Shown here in pieces: positions 8,459 through 18,125 of a DNA stretch of 64,000 bases. A program made the translations under genes and the position numbers. Source of the DNA: an uncultured virus (IMG/VR IMGVR_UViG_3300028835_002692) (Duplodnaviria; Heunggongvirae; Uroviricota; Caudoviricetes). Each line of letters opens with the position of its first letter. Position 1 is the first letter of the stretch. Where the stretch lies: IMG/VR virus record IMGVR_UViG_3300028835_002692. The stretch is one strand, 5' to 3'. Below the pieces are notes generated by a model. The model ran no database searches, was not told where the DNA came from, and saw nothing but the letters and a program-made list of their open reading frames with translations.

Positions 8459-9784
8459 CTAGACTCCGAATGCGCCTCGCCGGAGAGCCCTAGACTTTTC
8501 CCGCTGCGTTACCTCTCCCAGGAGCTCACTGGCTTTGCCCTCTCTCTCTTGGGGGGATCTGGTTGTCTCTGGGGCGAACTCCTCCGAGTGAAGGGCTGTG
8601 CGTTCGATAACACCAAGCAGGCGATTCATACCTTTATCCAGCTTATCGGTGCTGTCCTTAATGAGCTGCACCGCCGGGCTCTGGTCAGTGACCACCGGGC
8701 CACCGACACCGAGACGCTGTTTCATCGCCTCTATTCTATCATAGTCCTCCCAGGGGTCACGAGAGGCGATATTGGCGATCAGGCCCTCTATACGCTCAAA
8801 CCTATCCTCGTTACGCTCCCGCTCCATGTTTTCGATGCGCTCGGTCAGCTTACGAACTGTCTCACTATCCCCGTCTTCCTGGCCCTTCTTGCCCTCGAGC
8901 ATATTATCAACCATCTTCTTCATCATGTACTCTATGAGAGACTCGGGTTTCTTGGCACCTTTCCCTACACGAATACCCTCTTCACCGGTTCCTTCCCCCT
9001 CGGCTTCTTGGTCACCACCGCCACGCCTGTATGAGTCTATAAGGGCACGTCTCTCAGCAGCGTCAACCGCCTCCTGATAGCTCATAGGTCCGCCAGGCTG
9101 AGCAATCCAGGAGCCGTCCTTATCCCGGTCAACTTTCCAGCCCAAGCCCAGGTCAAGGCGCTTCTCGGGCTTCTCGGCGCCCTTTTCCCCTTTGGCGCCT
9201 GGCACCTTGGCCTTCCCCTCGTCGTCCAATTCAGGGAAGAACTGATCCGGGTCATAGGGGAGACCGCGGGTGTTTGACCAGAAGGAGATTATGAGCCGGC
9301 GCTGATGTGGGGTGACAAACCCAGCGGAGTCACGCTTAAGAACCTGCTCCAGCCACCGGAGGCTGTCTATGTCGCCGGAGAAGAATATATTGGCGATGGT
9401 CGGGATGGCTTCTTTGGGAGCGCATCCGATGTTCTTAAGCTCCTGGATGAACATGGTCTTCTGGTCCAGGGGTGCACCGGTACTCCTCACTATCGGTGCC
9501 GTTCCCGTCGCCGGCGGCTCCTTTCCAGCACCGGTTTCCTGTGCGCCAGGCATTTCCTTTTCGCCGGTAATGAGTGTTTGAGGGGTGACCCCTTCCTCAA
9601 GAGACCACACACCATTATCATCCTTATCGGCGAGCCCCAATTTCTGGAGCTCCAGAGCCTTGGTGTAGACGCTCTTATAGGGGTACGGGATAGTTTTACA
9701 CATCTCGGAGACACCCATCGGCCCATCGGCATAGAGCTTGTCGACAATCTGAGATAGTATGCTTGGGGTTTTGGTCTTAGTCAT
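8459..9784 (-). CDS. protein with N-terminal winged helix and C-terminal coiled coil
   Basis: GPMGVSEM..KSVYTKALELQKLGL; charged heptad region. Confidence 0.7.
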   Translation of the reverse strand: MTKTKTPSILSQIVDKLYADGPMGVSEMCKTIPYPYKSVYTKALELQKLGLADKDDNGVWSLEEGVTPQTLITGEKEMPGAQETGAGKEPPATGTAPIVRSTGAPLDQKTMFIQELKNIGCAPKEAIPTIANIFFSGDIDSLRWLEQVLKRDSAGFVTPHQRRLIISFWSNTRGLPYDPDQFFPELDDEGKAKVPGAKGEKGAEKPEKRLDLGLGWKVDRDKDGSWIAQPGGPMSYQEAVDAAERRALIDSYRRGGGDQEAEGEGTGEEGIRVGKGAKKPESLIEYMMKKMVDNMLEGKKGQEDGDSETVRKLTERIENMERERNEDRFERIEGLIANIASRDPWEDYDRIEAMKQRLGVGGPVVTDQSPAVQLIKDSTDKLDKGMNRLLGVIERTALHSEEFAPETTRSPQEREGKASELLGEVTQREKSRALRRGAFGV

Positions 9785-10131
9785 TGTGCTGCACCCTCCT
9801 TTTTGGCTTCTTCATCTGCCAGCTGCTTATGCAGGGTGAAGGCCAGATTATACACATAGCAGAAGAGGGAAGCGAATGTGTTGTCTCGCAGATAGCCCCG
9901 GTCGTGAAGGTAGACCTGGAACTGGGAGACCCTCACCACCTCTTCGTCAGAGAGCTTTACTGCCTTGACCTTGCTCACCTCCTCCCGCTTCATTCGGAGA
10001 GGGACAATGACCTCGTTCTCATCCAGAGAGACCAACTGCTGAATGAGCCGCGGGTCTATGTCCTCAACTCCCTGCTGGCTGATCCCTTCGCCTTGAGTTG
10101 GCTCGACCACACTTCCTCGCTCCGTTACCAT
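9781..10131 (-). CDS. hypothetical protein
   Basis: Coupled to the dxs stop and to the next gene. Confidence 0.65.
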   Translation of the reverse strand: MVTERGSVVEPTQGEGISQQGVEDIDPRLIQQLVSLDENEVIVPLRMKREEVSKVKAVKLSDEEVVRVSQFQVYLHDRGYLRDNTFASLFCYVYNLAFTLHKQLADEEAKKEGAAQ

Positions 10132-12041
10132 CAGTCACCTCCTGTGATAATTTTCAGTACCCGCTGCGCTATTCCATGCGCATCAAGGCCGAATTTTTCA
10201 AGCAGCTCGGGTATCTCACCGTGGTCAGGGAATATGTCTCCTACCGCTATCGAGAACACCCGGAGCATATCGTCCCTGGGAGTCCGCCGTCTTCCCTTAG
10301 CCTCGGATATGGCTTCCTGCAGAGCCGATGCTGCCCCGCCTACCGACGTGCCCTCCTCTATGACCCAGACCATAGAGAAGCTATCGAGCAATTCCTCGAC
10401 CAGGGCGTAATCTATGGGTTTGATGTACCTCAGGTTTACTACCTGGGGCTTCAGGCCATATCCCTCCAGCTCCTTGCCGGCATCAAGGGCAGCATAGACC
10501 GCCTCGCCGACGGCTGCCAGGCAGACCATCTCGCCATCACGCATGACTTCGGCGGTACCGTAGAGGACCGGCTTCATCTCCTCATCCAGGGGTACACCCC
10601 GAACCTCTCCTCTGGGGTACCGGATAGCCCACGCCTTGCTGGCGTGAAGCGCTGTCCAGAGCAGGTGGCGCATCTCATTCTCGTCTTTGGGCACGGCCAC
10701 AGTCATGTTGGGCGCTATTCTCATGTAAGCCAGGTCATAGAGGCCATGATGAGTTTTACCATCCTGCCCGACAACCCCCGCGCGGTCTAAAGCGAATACG
10801 ACGTGCAGCTCGTTTAAGCAGACGTCGTGCATAATCTGGTCAAACGCCCTCTGGAGGAAGGTAGAATAGATACAGACTACCGGCATCAGCCCGGCCCGGG
10901 CCATACCGGCGGCCATTGAAACGGCATGCTGCTCACATATCCCGACATCAAAAACCCTATCGGGATATACCTCCTGGACGGCAACGAGGCCCGTCCCTTC
11001 CAGCATGGCAGCACTTATGGCTACGATCCGCTGGTCCTGAGCCATTAGCTGAAGAAGGGCCTGGGAGAATACCTGAGAGTAGGTAGGGCCGGCCGCCCCT
11101 ATCTTGGCTGGCCCGGGCTGGTGGTAGCGGGTCGGGTCTTCAGCGGCCGGAGCCCAGCCCTGGCCTTTATTGGTAAGCACATGGACAAAGGGAACCTTGT
11201 CGGAGTACTGCCTTGCCCGGTCGATCATCTCGATGAGCTCCTTGAGGTTATGGCCATCAACCGGACCAAGGTAGTTAAAGCCCATCTCGTCCCAGAAATG
11301 GCCTATCTCTGGGATGAGGGTCTTTTGAATAGCGGACTTTATCCCCTTTCCCAGACTGAGAGCCAGAGGGCCCAGCGGTACCTTGGGCGCCAGAGCTTCG
11401 GTTATGCTCTCAAACTGCTGGAAGTCTTTGTCCAGCTCAAGCTCTGCCCGGAGGTGGGGCAACCACTGGCCACGCCACTTCGCCAGCCAGCCCACGTTCT
11501 GACTGATAGCCATGCCGTTATCATTCAATATGACCATCAGGTTCCGTGGGTTCTGGGCGATGATATTCGATAGCCCCTCATAAGCCAGGCCGGAGGTAAG
11601 GCTCCCATCGCCGATGACGGAGACGAAGCATCCCTTATCCCCCTTCATCCTGGCACCAAGGGCTAGCCCCAGGGCTATAGACGGAGCGCATCCGGCATGC
11701 CCAAGTGCCAGAACGTCATGCTCGGATTCCGAAGGCTCGAAGTAGCCTGAGTAGCCCTGGCTGGTCCTGATCTTCTCAAATCCCTTCGCCCTGCCGGTGA
11801 GGATTTTGTGAGCGTAGGACTGGTGGCTGACATCAAATATTATCCGATCCGTGGGAGAGTCGAATAGGCGATGCAGGGCTATGGTTAGCTCGACAACGCC
11901 GAGATTAGAGGCCATGTGTCCACCGTTACGGCTCACCGTGTCTATGATGAGCTGGCGGATCTCCCCGGCCAGGGTAGATAGTTCCTGCAGGGACAGCCGC
12001 TTCAGGTCAGCTGGGGCTTCTATCGTCTCCAGTAAGCTCAA
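10131..12041 (-). CDS. dxs: 1-deoxy-D-xylulose-5-phosphate synthase
   Basis: GGHMASNLGVVELTIALH, FDVSHQSYAHKILTGR, GDG..NDN TPP motif, YSTFLQRAFDQ, IRYPRG; probable TTG start at 12041 with AAGGAG (ORF track starts at 12113). Confidence 0.93.
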   Translation of the reverse strand: MSLLETIEAPADLKRLSLQELSTLAGEIRQLIIDTVSRNGGHMASNLGVVELTIALHRLFDSPTDRIIFDVSHQSYAHKILTGRAKGFEKIRTSQGYSGYFEPSESEHDVLALGHAGCAPSIALGLALGARMKGDKGCFVSVIGDGSLTSGLAYEGLSNIIAQNPRNLMVILNDNGMAISQNVGWLAKWRGQWLPHLRAELELDKDFQQFESITEALAPKVPLGPLALSLGKGIKSAIQKTLIPEIGHFWDEMGFNYLGPVDGHNLKELIEMIDRARQYSDKVPFVHVLTNKGQGWAPAAEDPTRYHQPGPAKIGAAGPTYSQVFSQALLQLMAQDQRIVAISAAMLEGTGLVAVQEVYPDRVFDVGICEQHAVSMAAGMARAGLMPVVCIYSTFLQRAFDQIMHDVCLNELHVVFALDRAGVVGQDGKTHHGLYDLAYMRIAPNMTVAVPKDENEMRHLLWTALHASKAWAIRYPRGEVRGVPLDEEMKPVLYGTAEVMRDGEMVCLAAVGEAVYAALDAGKELEGYGLKPQVVNLRYIKPIDYALVEELLDSFSMVWVIEEGTSVGGAASALQEAISEAKGRRRTPRDDMLRVFSIAVGDIFPDHGEIPELLEKFGLDAHGIAQRVLKIITGGD

Positions 12042-12439
12042 TGCAGACTCCTTATCGGTATTCCGCTTATCCTCCTGAGCGCTTTCCTGAACCGCTCCGA
12101 GTCTACTATCCACTGGTCACCCCGATAGCGGATAGCTCTCGCAGCGTACTTCTGGGCGAATACGTCATCGCCTCTGCCCTGCAGGGCACCCTCTACCAGG
12201 TCTAGGAAGGTGTCTTCGCTCATCTCAACCTGGCCGGTGTACTCCAGTTTCTCCCCGGTGGTATAGAACTTACCATCCCGAATGGCGTAGATCCGCGTGA
12301 CGCTGTCTTCTCCATAGACAGTCCACTTACCCACCCAGCCATCGGCCTCTTTCCAGTCCTCATCATCGGCGACCTCGGCGAGTTGGTTCATCAGGAAATC
12401 TACGAGTTTACCTATTTTAGAACTTTCTCCAGAAGCCAT
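12038..12439 (-). CDS. SCP2-like (sterol/lipid carrier fold) protein
   Basis: Size and pattern: YAIRDGK, VEMSEDTFLDLVEG, IRYRGD. Confidence 0.5.
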   Translation of the reverse strand: MASGESSKIGKLVDFLMNQLAEVADDEDWKEADGWVGKWTVYGEDSVTRIYAIRDGKFYTTGEKLEYTGQVEMSEDTFLDLVEGALQGRGDDVFAQKYAARAIRYRGDQWIVDSERFRKALRRISGIPIRSLH

Positions 12440-13215
12440 CTGGTCACGCCTCCTTTTTCTTTCTCTAAGGTAATCGGCCTTGCCCGGAGAATCATCTCCG
12501 TTACATGGAGAATTTCGCGCTGCCTCTCGGCTTGTCCAGCGAAGGGGATATGCCCCAAGAACGGTACCCTGAACCGCCTAGCGAGTTCCTGTATGTTGAC
12601 CGGGTCAAGGTCAAAGGGGTTGGAAACTTGGCCGCAGTGGGGGCAGCGGTACCCGGCCATATTCGCCACAATACCGCAGATCGGGGTCCCGGTTTCCCTG
12701 AGCATGTTCAGGGTCTTGGTTATGCCGAGAACAGAGAGGTCGTTGGGCTGGCAGACGATAACGGCGCCATAGATATTCTGGAGACTGGGCGGCATATCCC
12801 GTCCGTTCCCTATCAGAGATTGGATTTCATCACCGGAGGTCGGAGGGGTGTCGACTACAACCCAGTCAAGGTCTTCGTCCCAGGCTATAGAGGTCTGGGC
12901 TATCTGCTTGACAGCCTCCCGCTTCATCTCTCCATCCCACATATTCGGGGTGTCTTCTGGGAAGAGAAGCCCTATCGAGAAGACCTGAAAGCCATCGTGG
13001 TAGACTGGACGGAGCTTGCCTCCCAGAAGAGGATCGTAGCCTGGTTCTTTCTCAAGATGCAGAGCCCGGGGCATTGATGAGGCATGAATATCTATGTCCA
13101 GAAGCCCCACCTTTTTCCCGAGGGTTCTCAGTGCTGATGCCACCCCCAGGCAGATGGTCGTTTTACCGGTACCGCCCTTCAGGGAAAGAATGGGTAGCTT
13201 CTTAGGCTCACTCAT
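12412..13215 (-). CDS. Mrp/NBP35/ApbC-family P-loop ATPase
   Basis: KGGTGKTT, DIDIH, VDTPP, ANMAGYRCPHCG. Confidence 0.88.
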   Translation of the reverse strand: MSEPKKLPILSLKGGTGKTTICLGVASALRTLGKKVGLLDIDIHASSMPRALHLEKEPGYDPLLGGKLRPVYHDGFQVFSIGLLFPEDTPNMWDGEMKREAVKQIAQTSIAWDEDLDWVVVDTPPTSGDEIQSLIGNGRDMPPSLQNIYGAVIVCQPNDLSVLGITKTLNMLRETGTPICGIVANMAGYRCPHCGQVSNPFDLDPVNIQELARRFRVPFLGHIPFAGQAERQREILHVTEMILRARPITLEKEKGGVTRWLLEKVLK

Positions 13216-13508
13216 TGGCCACACCTCCAGCTATAATCGTACCCTCTCGGGCGCTCTGGGATGCAGTCGATGAATCCTTCTCCCTGCTTGAGCTTATGGG
13301 ATAAGCTACAGTCACAGCACTCGAGCAGGAATCCGATGTTAATATCGAAGTAAATCCGATTCTGCTCCGCCCTGTCCTTTCTTATCTCCCAGCCCAGGCT
13401 GTTACCGACCCTTTTTCTAGCCAGGGCGAGCAGGATTATAAGGGAGGTGAGTAACCTATAGAGCCAAGGTTTCAAGGCTTTACCCCCAAAAAGAAAAGAC
13501 GACCACAC
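13212..13508 (-). CDS. small membrane/Cys protein (start uncertain, probably near 13475)
   Basis: TM stretch, CCDCSLSH. Confidence 0.5.
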   Translation of the reverse strand: MWSSFLFGGKALKPWLYRLLTSLIILLALARKRVGNSLGWEIRKDRAEQNRIYFDINIGFLLECCDCSLSHKLKQGEGFIDCIPERPRGYDYSWRCGQ

Positions 13509-13541
13509 CCGAAGGTGCAGCCGCCTCTGTGTCCAGCCAGC
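13488..13541 (-). promoter_or_regulatory. leader terminator/attenuator, copy 1
   Basis: GCTGGCTGGACACAGAGGCGGCTGCACC-TTCG-GGTGTGGTCGTC-TTTTCTTTTT downstream of a minus-strand TTGACA (13588-13583); near-identical to 45297-45351. Confidence 0.7.
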
Positions 13542-13618
13542 GACCTGACTTTCCTCTACAACCTACCACAGGGGGTAAAACTTGTCAAGGGTTTAACTGG
13601 GAAATTTGGAGGGAATTT

Positions 13619-13825
13619 TTATTGTGGCGTTGTCTGCGCTCTGGACCCGAACCAGAAGCCCGATATCGCCGCGACCAGTATCAGGAACGCCGCTACAATA
13701 TCCTTGGCCATCTCTGCCGAGCCGAACTTGACTACCAGGAACACCAGGATGCCGACGAGGGCTAGCATAACCAAGAATGTACAAATAGGGCGAACCAGTC
13801 CGCGAATAGTATCGACGTAGTTCAT
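13619..13825 (-). CDS. small two-TM protein (holin-like or virion membrane protein)
   Basis: Two TM segments; ISGFWFGS; AAGGAGG RBS. Confidence 0.6.
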   Translation of the reverse strand: MNYVDTIRGLVRPICTFLVMLALVGILVFLVVKFGSAEMAKDIVAAFLILVAAISGFWFGSRAQTTPQ

Positions 13826-13846
13826 TTTCCGACCTCCTTTCGCCTA

Positions 13847-13868
13847 GCGTATAATTCCTGTTATACGC
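13847..13868. repeat. 22-bp palindromic site GCGTATAA-TTCCTG-TTATACGC
   Basis: Perfect arms; upstream of a minus-strand gene. Confidence 0.95.
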
Positions 13869-13943
13869 AAAGTTAAATTTTAATTGAAGAAATCAGCCCT
13901 CTTTGGTTAATTATATTTTACAATTCCCCACAGGATGTGTTAA

Positions 13944-15038
13944 TTATAGTTTGCGTTCTGCCAAGAACGAGAGCACCTCTTCAAACTGGTCTTGCCACTC
14001 TTGCTTCAGGGACAGCCCCTCCAGATTTTCCCAGGCCTGCCAGATAAACCGCATCTCGTAGGACTTGACCTTCTCCGGGATGCCATTCTTTTCCATCCAA
14101 GCCCTGATGCCGGCGGCAGCTTCTTTACTTATAAAGTCAGCATTGAGCCAGTTACGCATGGTCCTATGAAGTGAAACCTCTTCGTCAGGGAAAAACTCGA
14201 GGGCCAGAACCACCGGGAGCGACCTCTTCTTTTCCTGAATATCGTTAGCTGTCTTCCCGACCAGGGCTTCATCGCCCCAGATTCCCAGGTAGTCATCATG
14301 AATCTGGAAGGCCAGGCCGATATTCAGTCCAAACTCCCAGGCAGCGCCCAGCACCGGGTCAGAGCGCATGTACCTGAATTTCCTGCCTTCCTCCTGATGC
14401 TCCGGAGCAGGTACCTCTTTAGCATCTGGTGAGGCCAACAGGGCGCCAACCACGCAGGAGGTAGCGAAGAGGGCACCCGTCTTTCCACGAACCATCTGTA
14501 GATAGTCCCTTACGCTAACCGTGGGAGCATCCACAAAAGAGATATCCATAAACTGCCCGTGGCAGAGGTCTATAACGGCGTTTTCCAATACGCTTTGTAC
14601 CGCCAACACCTTTTCGACGGGGACATTTCTTAAGGAAAGGCGGTGCACCGACAGCCGGGCGTAGCAGGATAAAGCGAGGCCGGCATTGATGGCCTGGTCA
14701 GCGCCCCAGACCGCCCACACTGTCGGCTGGTTATTCCTCTCTTTTCCCTTGTCCTGAATGTCATCGAAGATCAAGCTGGTACGGTGCGCCAGCTCCAGTG
14801 CAGCAGCCGCAGGGATGGCTTGCTCTGGGTCGCCACCTAATCCGGCATACATGGCGATGCAGAAAAGGGGACGCAGATACTTGCCCTTTGAGCTGCTAGA
14901 GGGATTTCCCTCTCGGTCGCAAAATCCCATGTGGTAACAGTACAGTGTATCAAGACCCAAGAGGGGGGACCTCCCCTTTTGCACTATCAGCCGGAGCTCG
15001 TCCTCCACTTTAGACCGGTATTCGTCCAAAAATTTCAT
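13944..15038 (-). CDS. polyprenyl diphosphate synthase (GGPP synthase-like)
   Basis: GKYLRP, DDIQD (FARM), GQFMD, KTGAL, QIHDDYLG (SARM), KKRSLP. Confidence 0.92.
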   Translation of the reverse strand: MKFLDEYRSKVEDELRLIVQKGRSPLLGLDTLYCYHMGFCDREGNPSSSSKGKYLRPLFCIAMYAGLGGDPEQAIPAAAALELAHRTSLIFDDIQDKGKERNNQPTVWAVWGADQAINAGLALSCYARLSVHRLSLRNVPVEKVLAVQSVLENAVIDLCHGQFMDISFVDAPTVSVRDYLQMVRGKTGALFATSCVVGALLASPDAKEVPAPEHQEEGRKFRYMRSDPVLGAAWEFGLNIGLAFQIHDDYLGIWGDEALVGKTANDIQEKKRSLPVVLALEFFPDEEVSLHRTMRNWLNADFISKEAAAGIRAWMEKNGIPEKVKSYEMRFIWQAWENLEGLSLKQEWQDQFEEVLSFLAERKL

Positions 15039-15113
15039 ACAGCACCCCCTTGCCTTTTCCGATTTTCGGTAGTATTATAGCACTAAAAGGCAACCATAGT
15101 AAGGAGGTGCAAA

Positions 15114-16274
15114 GTGCTAAACCCCTACTTGGAAAAACGACTCTACTCACTCCCTGTCCAGCCTGTCCTCGTGGAGATTGACCCCAACCAGTTTCTCGCT
15201 ACCCTGGGGCAGATCACCGGTCTCCAACTCAAAGTAGTCTCCGAGCTACCCACCTTCGGCTTCGCAGCCGTCGCCCCGGTAAGCCCCGGAATCATCAAGA
15301 AGATCAACTCGCTACCTGGCGTCCGCATGGTTCACGCCAACCAGGTCGTCAACATCTTCCAGATACCTGCCCCGGCTGACGAGTGGTTTCCCACTTCCGA
15401 GAGCCGGAACATGCTTGAGGCGGAGCAAGCTGTCAGGGAGGGCTACAACGGCGAAGCCATCAAAGTCGGGGTCACGGATACCGGGGTCGATGCCTCTCAT
15501 CCCCAGCTCCAGGGCACGGAATTCTACTCTCGAATCATGTGGCCCTTCCGAGAGGTGCTGGACGAGAACGGGCACGGCAGCCATGTCTGCTCAACCGTAG
15601 CCGGCAAGCTCTACAACACCCCGCTGGGAATTACCGTAGAAGGGGTCTCACGGTCACCTATGGTGTCTGTGAAGTGCCTCGGCCGAGGCATTGGGACGGG
15701 ATTCACCAGCGAGATTATCGAGGCCATGTCCACCTGCTACGAGAAGGGTGCCCAGATAATATCAATGAGCCTTGGTTCCGCAGAGTGCCAGGGCGGGTGT
15801 GATGTCTGCCCGCAGTGTCGGATGGTATCTTCCCTAACGGCCAGAGGTATTATCTTCGTCATCGCTGCCGGCAACTCGGGACCCCAAGAGAACACCATAG
15901 GCTGCCCGGGTTGCTCTCCTGATGCTCTCACCGTAGCCGCTGTAGACAGGAATGGAGAGTTGGCGTCTTTCTCCAGCCGCGGTGGGGACAAATTCCCGCT
16001 AAAGCCCGATGTGGCCGCTCCCGGGGTCAACATCTACTCAGGAACAGCGAGAGCCTCTATCATTGACGTTCAGGAGGCTGATGCTGGTGTTGGCTTCGCT
16101 GCCATCAGCGGTACCTCCATGGCTACGCCCCACGTTTCGGGATTTGCAGCTCTCCTCAAGCATAAATTCCCGACAATCACCACCGCCCAGATCAAGCAGA
16201 CCATGGCGCAGCGGGGACACGCCAAGGACTTTAAGACCGGCTGGGGTATTCCACTTTGGTCTTACTTCAAGTAG
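15114..16274 (+). CDS. S8 subtilisin-like serine protease without signal peptide
   Basis: Catalytic DTG, HGSH and GTSMATPHV; AAGNSG. Confidence 0.92.
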   Translation: MLNPYLEKRLYSLPVQPVLVEIDPNQFLATLGQITGLQLKVVSELPTFGFAAVAPVSPGIIKKINSLPGVRMVHANQVVNIFQIPAPADEWFPTSESRNMLEAEQAVREGYNGEAIKVGVTDTGVDASHPQLQGTEFYSRIMWPFREVLDENGHGSHVCSTVAGKLYNTPLGITVEGVSRSPMVSVKCLGRGIGTGFTSEIIEAMSTCYEKGAQIISMSLGSAECQGGCDVCPQCRMVSSLTARGIIFVIAAGNSGPQENTIGCPGCSPDALTVAAVDRNGELASFSSRGGDKFPLKPDVAAPGVNIYSGTARASIIDVQEADAGVGFAAISGTSMATPHVSGFAALLKHKFPTITTAQIKQTMAQRGHAKDFKTGWGIPLWSYFK

Positions 16275-16329
16275 CTCTCTTGACAACGTCCATATCCAGG
16301 GAATAAACTATCAACTTAGGAGGAAATCC

Positions 16330-16671
16330 ATGGCAGAGAAAGCCAGGAAAGGTCTCCAGGCCCTGCTCGATGTAAGGCGGTTTCTTCCGACTCCTACCGA
16401 CCTGCTCCGACCATTCCCGCCTCCGCAGAAAGGGGAGCTGGTCATGCAGGGTGTGACCGCCGATGTGGTCAGCTATGGCCTCGGTTTCATCCCCTACGTG
16501 GGCGATATACTGGGCGACGCCATTGAGGACAATATCATGGCTGACGTTGTACAGAAGCTATCCCCAGCCGAGCTGTTAGAGTTCAGAGAGCAGAATAGAG
16601 TCTATCCCAATGGCGTTGCTCTACTCAGAACCTTTCAGCGGGCTAAAGTGGCACCGGGAAGCAGGCCGTAA
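16330..16671 (+). CDS. hypothetical protein
   Basis: ATG after GGAGG; upstream TTGACA at 16280. Confidence 0.6.
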   Translation: MAEKARKGLQALLDVRRFLPTPTDLLRPFPPPQKGELVMQGVTADVVSYGLGFIPYVGDILGDAIEDNIMADVVQKLSPAELLEFREQNRVYPNGVALLRTFQRAKVAPGSRP

Positions 16672-16973
16672 TGGTCACCGAAAGACAACCACCAGGCGCT
16701 GGCCCGGGTCTGGGGAAAATGGCCGAGCAGCTCCTTGGCTGGCCCTCACCAGAGAGAATTCTGGCCGAGCTACAGAGGCTCAACAATAACCTTGAGCTCT
16801 ACCAGCCCGATATCCAACGGCTGTCCAGGGCTATGGAGGGGTTGTCCGCCAATGACCTCAGAAACCTTGCCGCAGCCTTGAACGGGGTGAAAGTCGGAGA
16901 CTTGCTCAGGATCATGAATGAGTTTACCCATCTGGGAAGCCAGATTTATGAAAGACTATGGGGCAAGAGGTAG
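16671..16973 (+). CDS. hypothetical helical protein
   Basis: Translationally coupled. Confidence 0.65.
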   Translation: MVTERQPPGAGPGLGKMAEQLLGWPSPERILAELQRLNNNLELYQPDIQRLSRAMEGLSANDLRNLAAALNGVKVGDLLRIMNEFTHLGSQIYERLWGKR

Positions 16974-17212
16974 CAAACTACACCATGGAGGCCCGGAGGG
17001 AGAGAGTACTTCAGGCTCTCCATATACTGATAGGTGAAAGAGCGCCCTTGATTAACGAGGATGAAAGGGCTATAATCAATGAATACCGGGATCTCTGTAC
17101 CTTCGGTTATGGTAGGATGGAGGTCGTGGTTGTAGCCCACCGTATGGAAGGAATCAACCCGACCAAGCATAAGAAACGGAAAGATTTGATAATTTCCCCG
17201 CTAACCACTTGA
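16958..17212 (+). CDS. small hypothetical protein
   Basis: Operon context. Confidence 0.55.
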   Translation: MGQEVANYTMEARRERVLQALHILIGERAPLINEDERAIINEYRDLCTFGYGRMEVVVVAHRMEGINPTKHKKRKDLIISPLTT

Positions 17213-17238
17213 CAAATCCACAAAAGCGGTTCTATATT
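17209..17238 (+). promoter_or_regulatory. sigma70-type promoter of the structural operon
   Basis: TTGACA-18-TATATT. Confidence 0.6.
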
Positions 17239-17269
17239 ATTAAGGGATAACTCGCCGGCGAGAGAAATC

Positions 17270-17307
17270 GAGGCGGGTCACCTTATGGTGGCTCGCCTTT
17301 TTCTTTT
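17270..17307 (+). promoter_or_regulatory. leader terminator/attenuator, related copy
   Basis: GAGGCGGGTCACC-TTAT-GGTGGCTCGCC-TTTTTCTTTT between promoter and first gene. Confidence 0.65.
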
Positions 17308-17340
17308 ATCGCCAAATCTGCGAGAAAGGAGGAACCTCAG

Positions 17341-17673
17341 ATGGCCAACGTATTGGGGAAAATCCCGACACCCCTGGAGGCCGTCGACACGGTGGCAGAC
17401 ATGGCAAACCAGGTCGCCCGGGCTCCATTTCGGGTGGCCGGCAACGCCCTGACTGCGGCCGGTCAGGCAGCCAAGAACATCGAGAGTGACATCGCCAAGC
17501 CAGCGGATTACGCCGAAATCCCGCCTCCTCCTGATGTGCTGATAGGCTCCGTCATCTCCGGTGTTAGCCACGCGGTTGAGGGAGCTCTCAACACGGTCAA
17601 GGGTGCCGTCGACGGAGTGGTCGAGACGGGCGACGGCTTAAAGCGAGAGATTAACCAAATCGTGGGGAGGTAA
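17341..17673 (+). CDS. Ala/Val-rich putative virion protein
   Basis: Strong RBS; amphipathic helices. Confidence 0.65.
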   Translation: MANVLGKIPTPLEAVDTVADMANQVARAPFRVAGNALTAAGQAAKNIESDIAKPADYAEIPPPPDVLIGSVISGVSHAVEGALNTVKGAVDGVVETGDGLKREINQIVGR

Positions 17674-17708
17674 TGAGACCCCACACATTGTAGGGAGGTA
17701 ATGGCGTT

Positions 17709-18125
17709 ATGCCACCACAACTAGTCAATCCGTTTACCGCTCCTCTGACCATGCTGAAGCAGGTCGGGGAGCAGACCAGTGCTGCCATCGCCAGTGTGGG
17801 GACTGGAATGACTCAGGCAGCTAGCCAGGGCCTTGATGCGCTTATCCTCGGTGTGCCCGGGCTGCCCGGGGTACCCGGAGTTGCAGCTCGCCCTGGTATC
17901 CCGACCCCACAACAGTTGATGCCTGCCAACCTGCAGCAGGCTCTCGGGCAGGTGGAAAACCTGCTCATCCCGCCCGGGCTGCCCAGACCTTCCCAGGTTT
18001 TCCAAGTGCAGCCCCCACCGGCCCCAGCGCCGGCAGCGCCGCCAGCACCACCTACTCAAGGGGCTGAAGCAGTCCCGCCCGCCATGGCGCAGCGGAGACG
18101 AGTAGCTGAAAGGAGGGGCCTCTAA
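17709..18125 (+). CDS. Pro/Gln-rich putative virion protein
   Basis: Directly upstream of the candidate capsid gene. Confidence 0.6.
   Translation: MPPQLVNPFTAPLTMLKQVGEQTSAAIASVGTGMTQAASQGLDALILGVPGLPGVPGVAARPGIPTPQQLMPANLQQALGQVENLLIPPGLPRPSQVFQVQPPPAPAPAAPPAPPTQGAEAVPPAMAQRRRVAERRGL

Noticed and set aside
7651..13077. Long plus-strand ORFs (7651, 9784, 10098, 11121, 12505)
   Set aside because: Antisense shadows of well-supported minus-strand genes.
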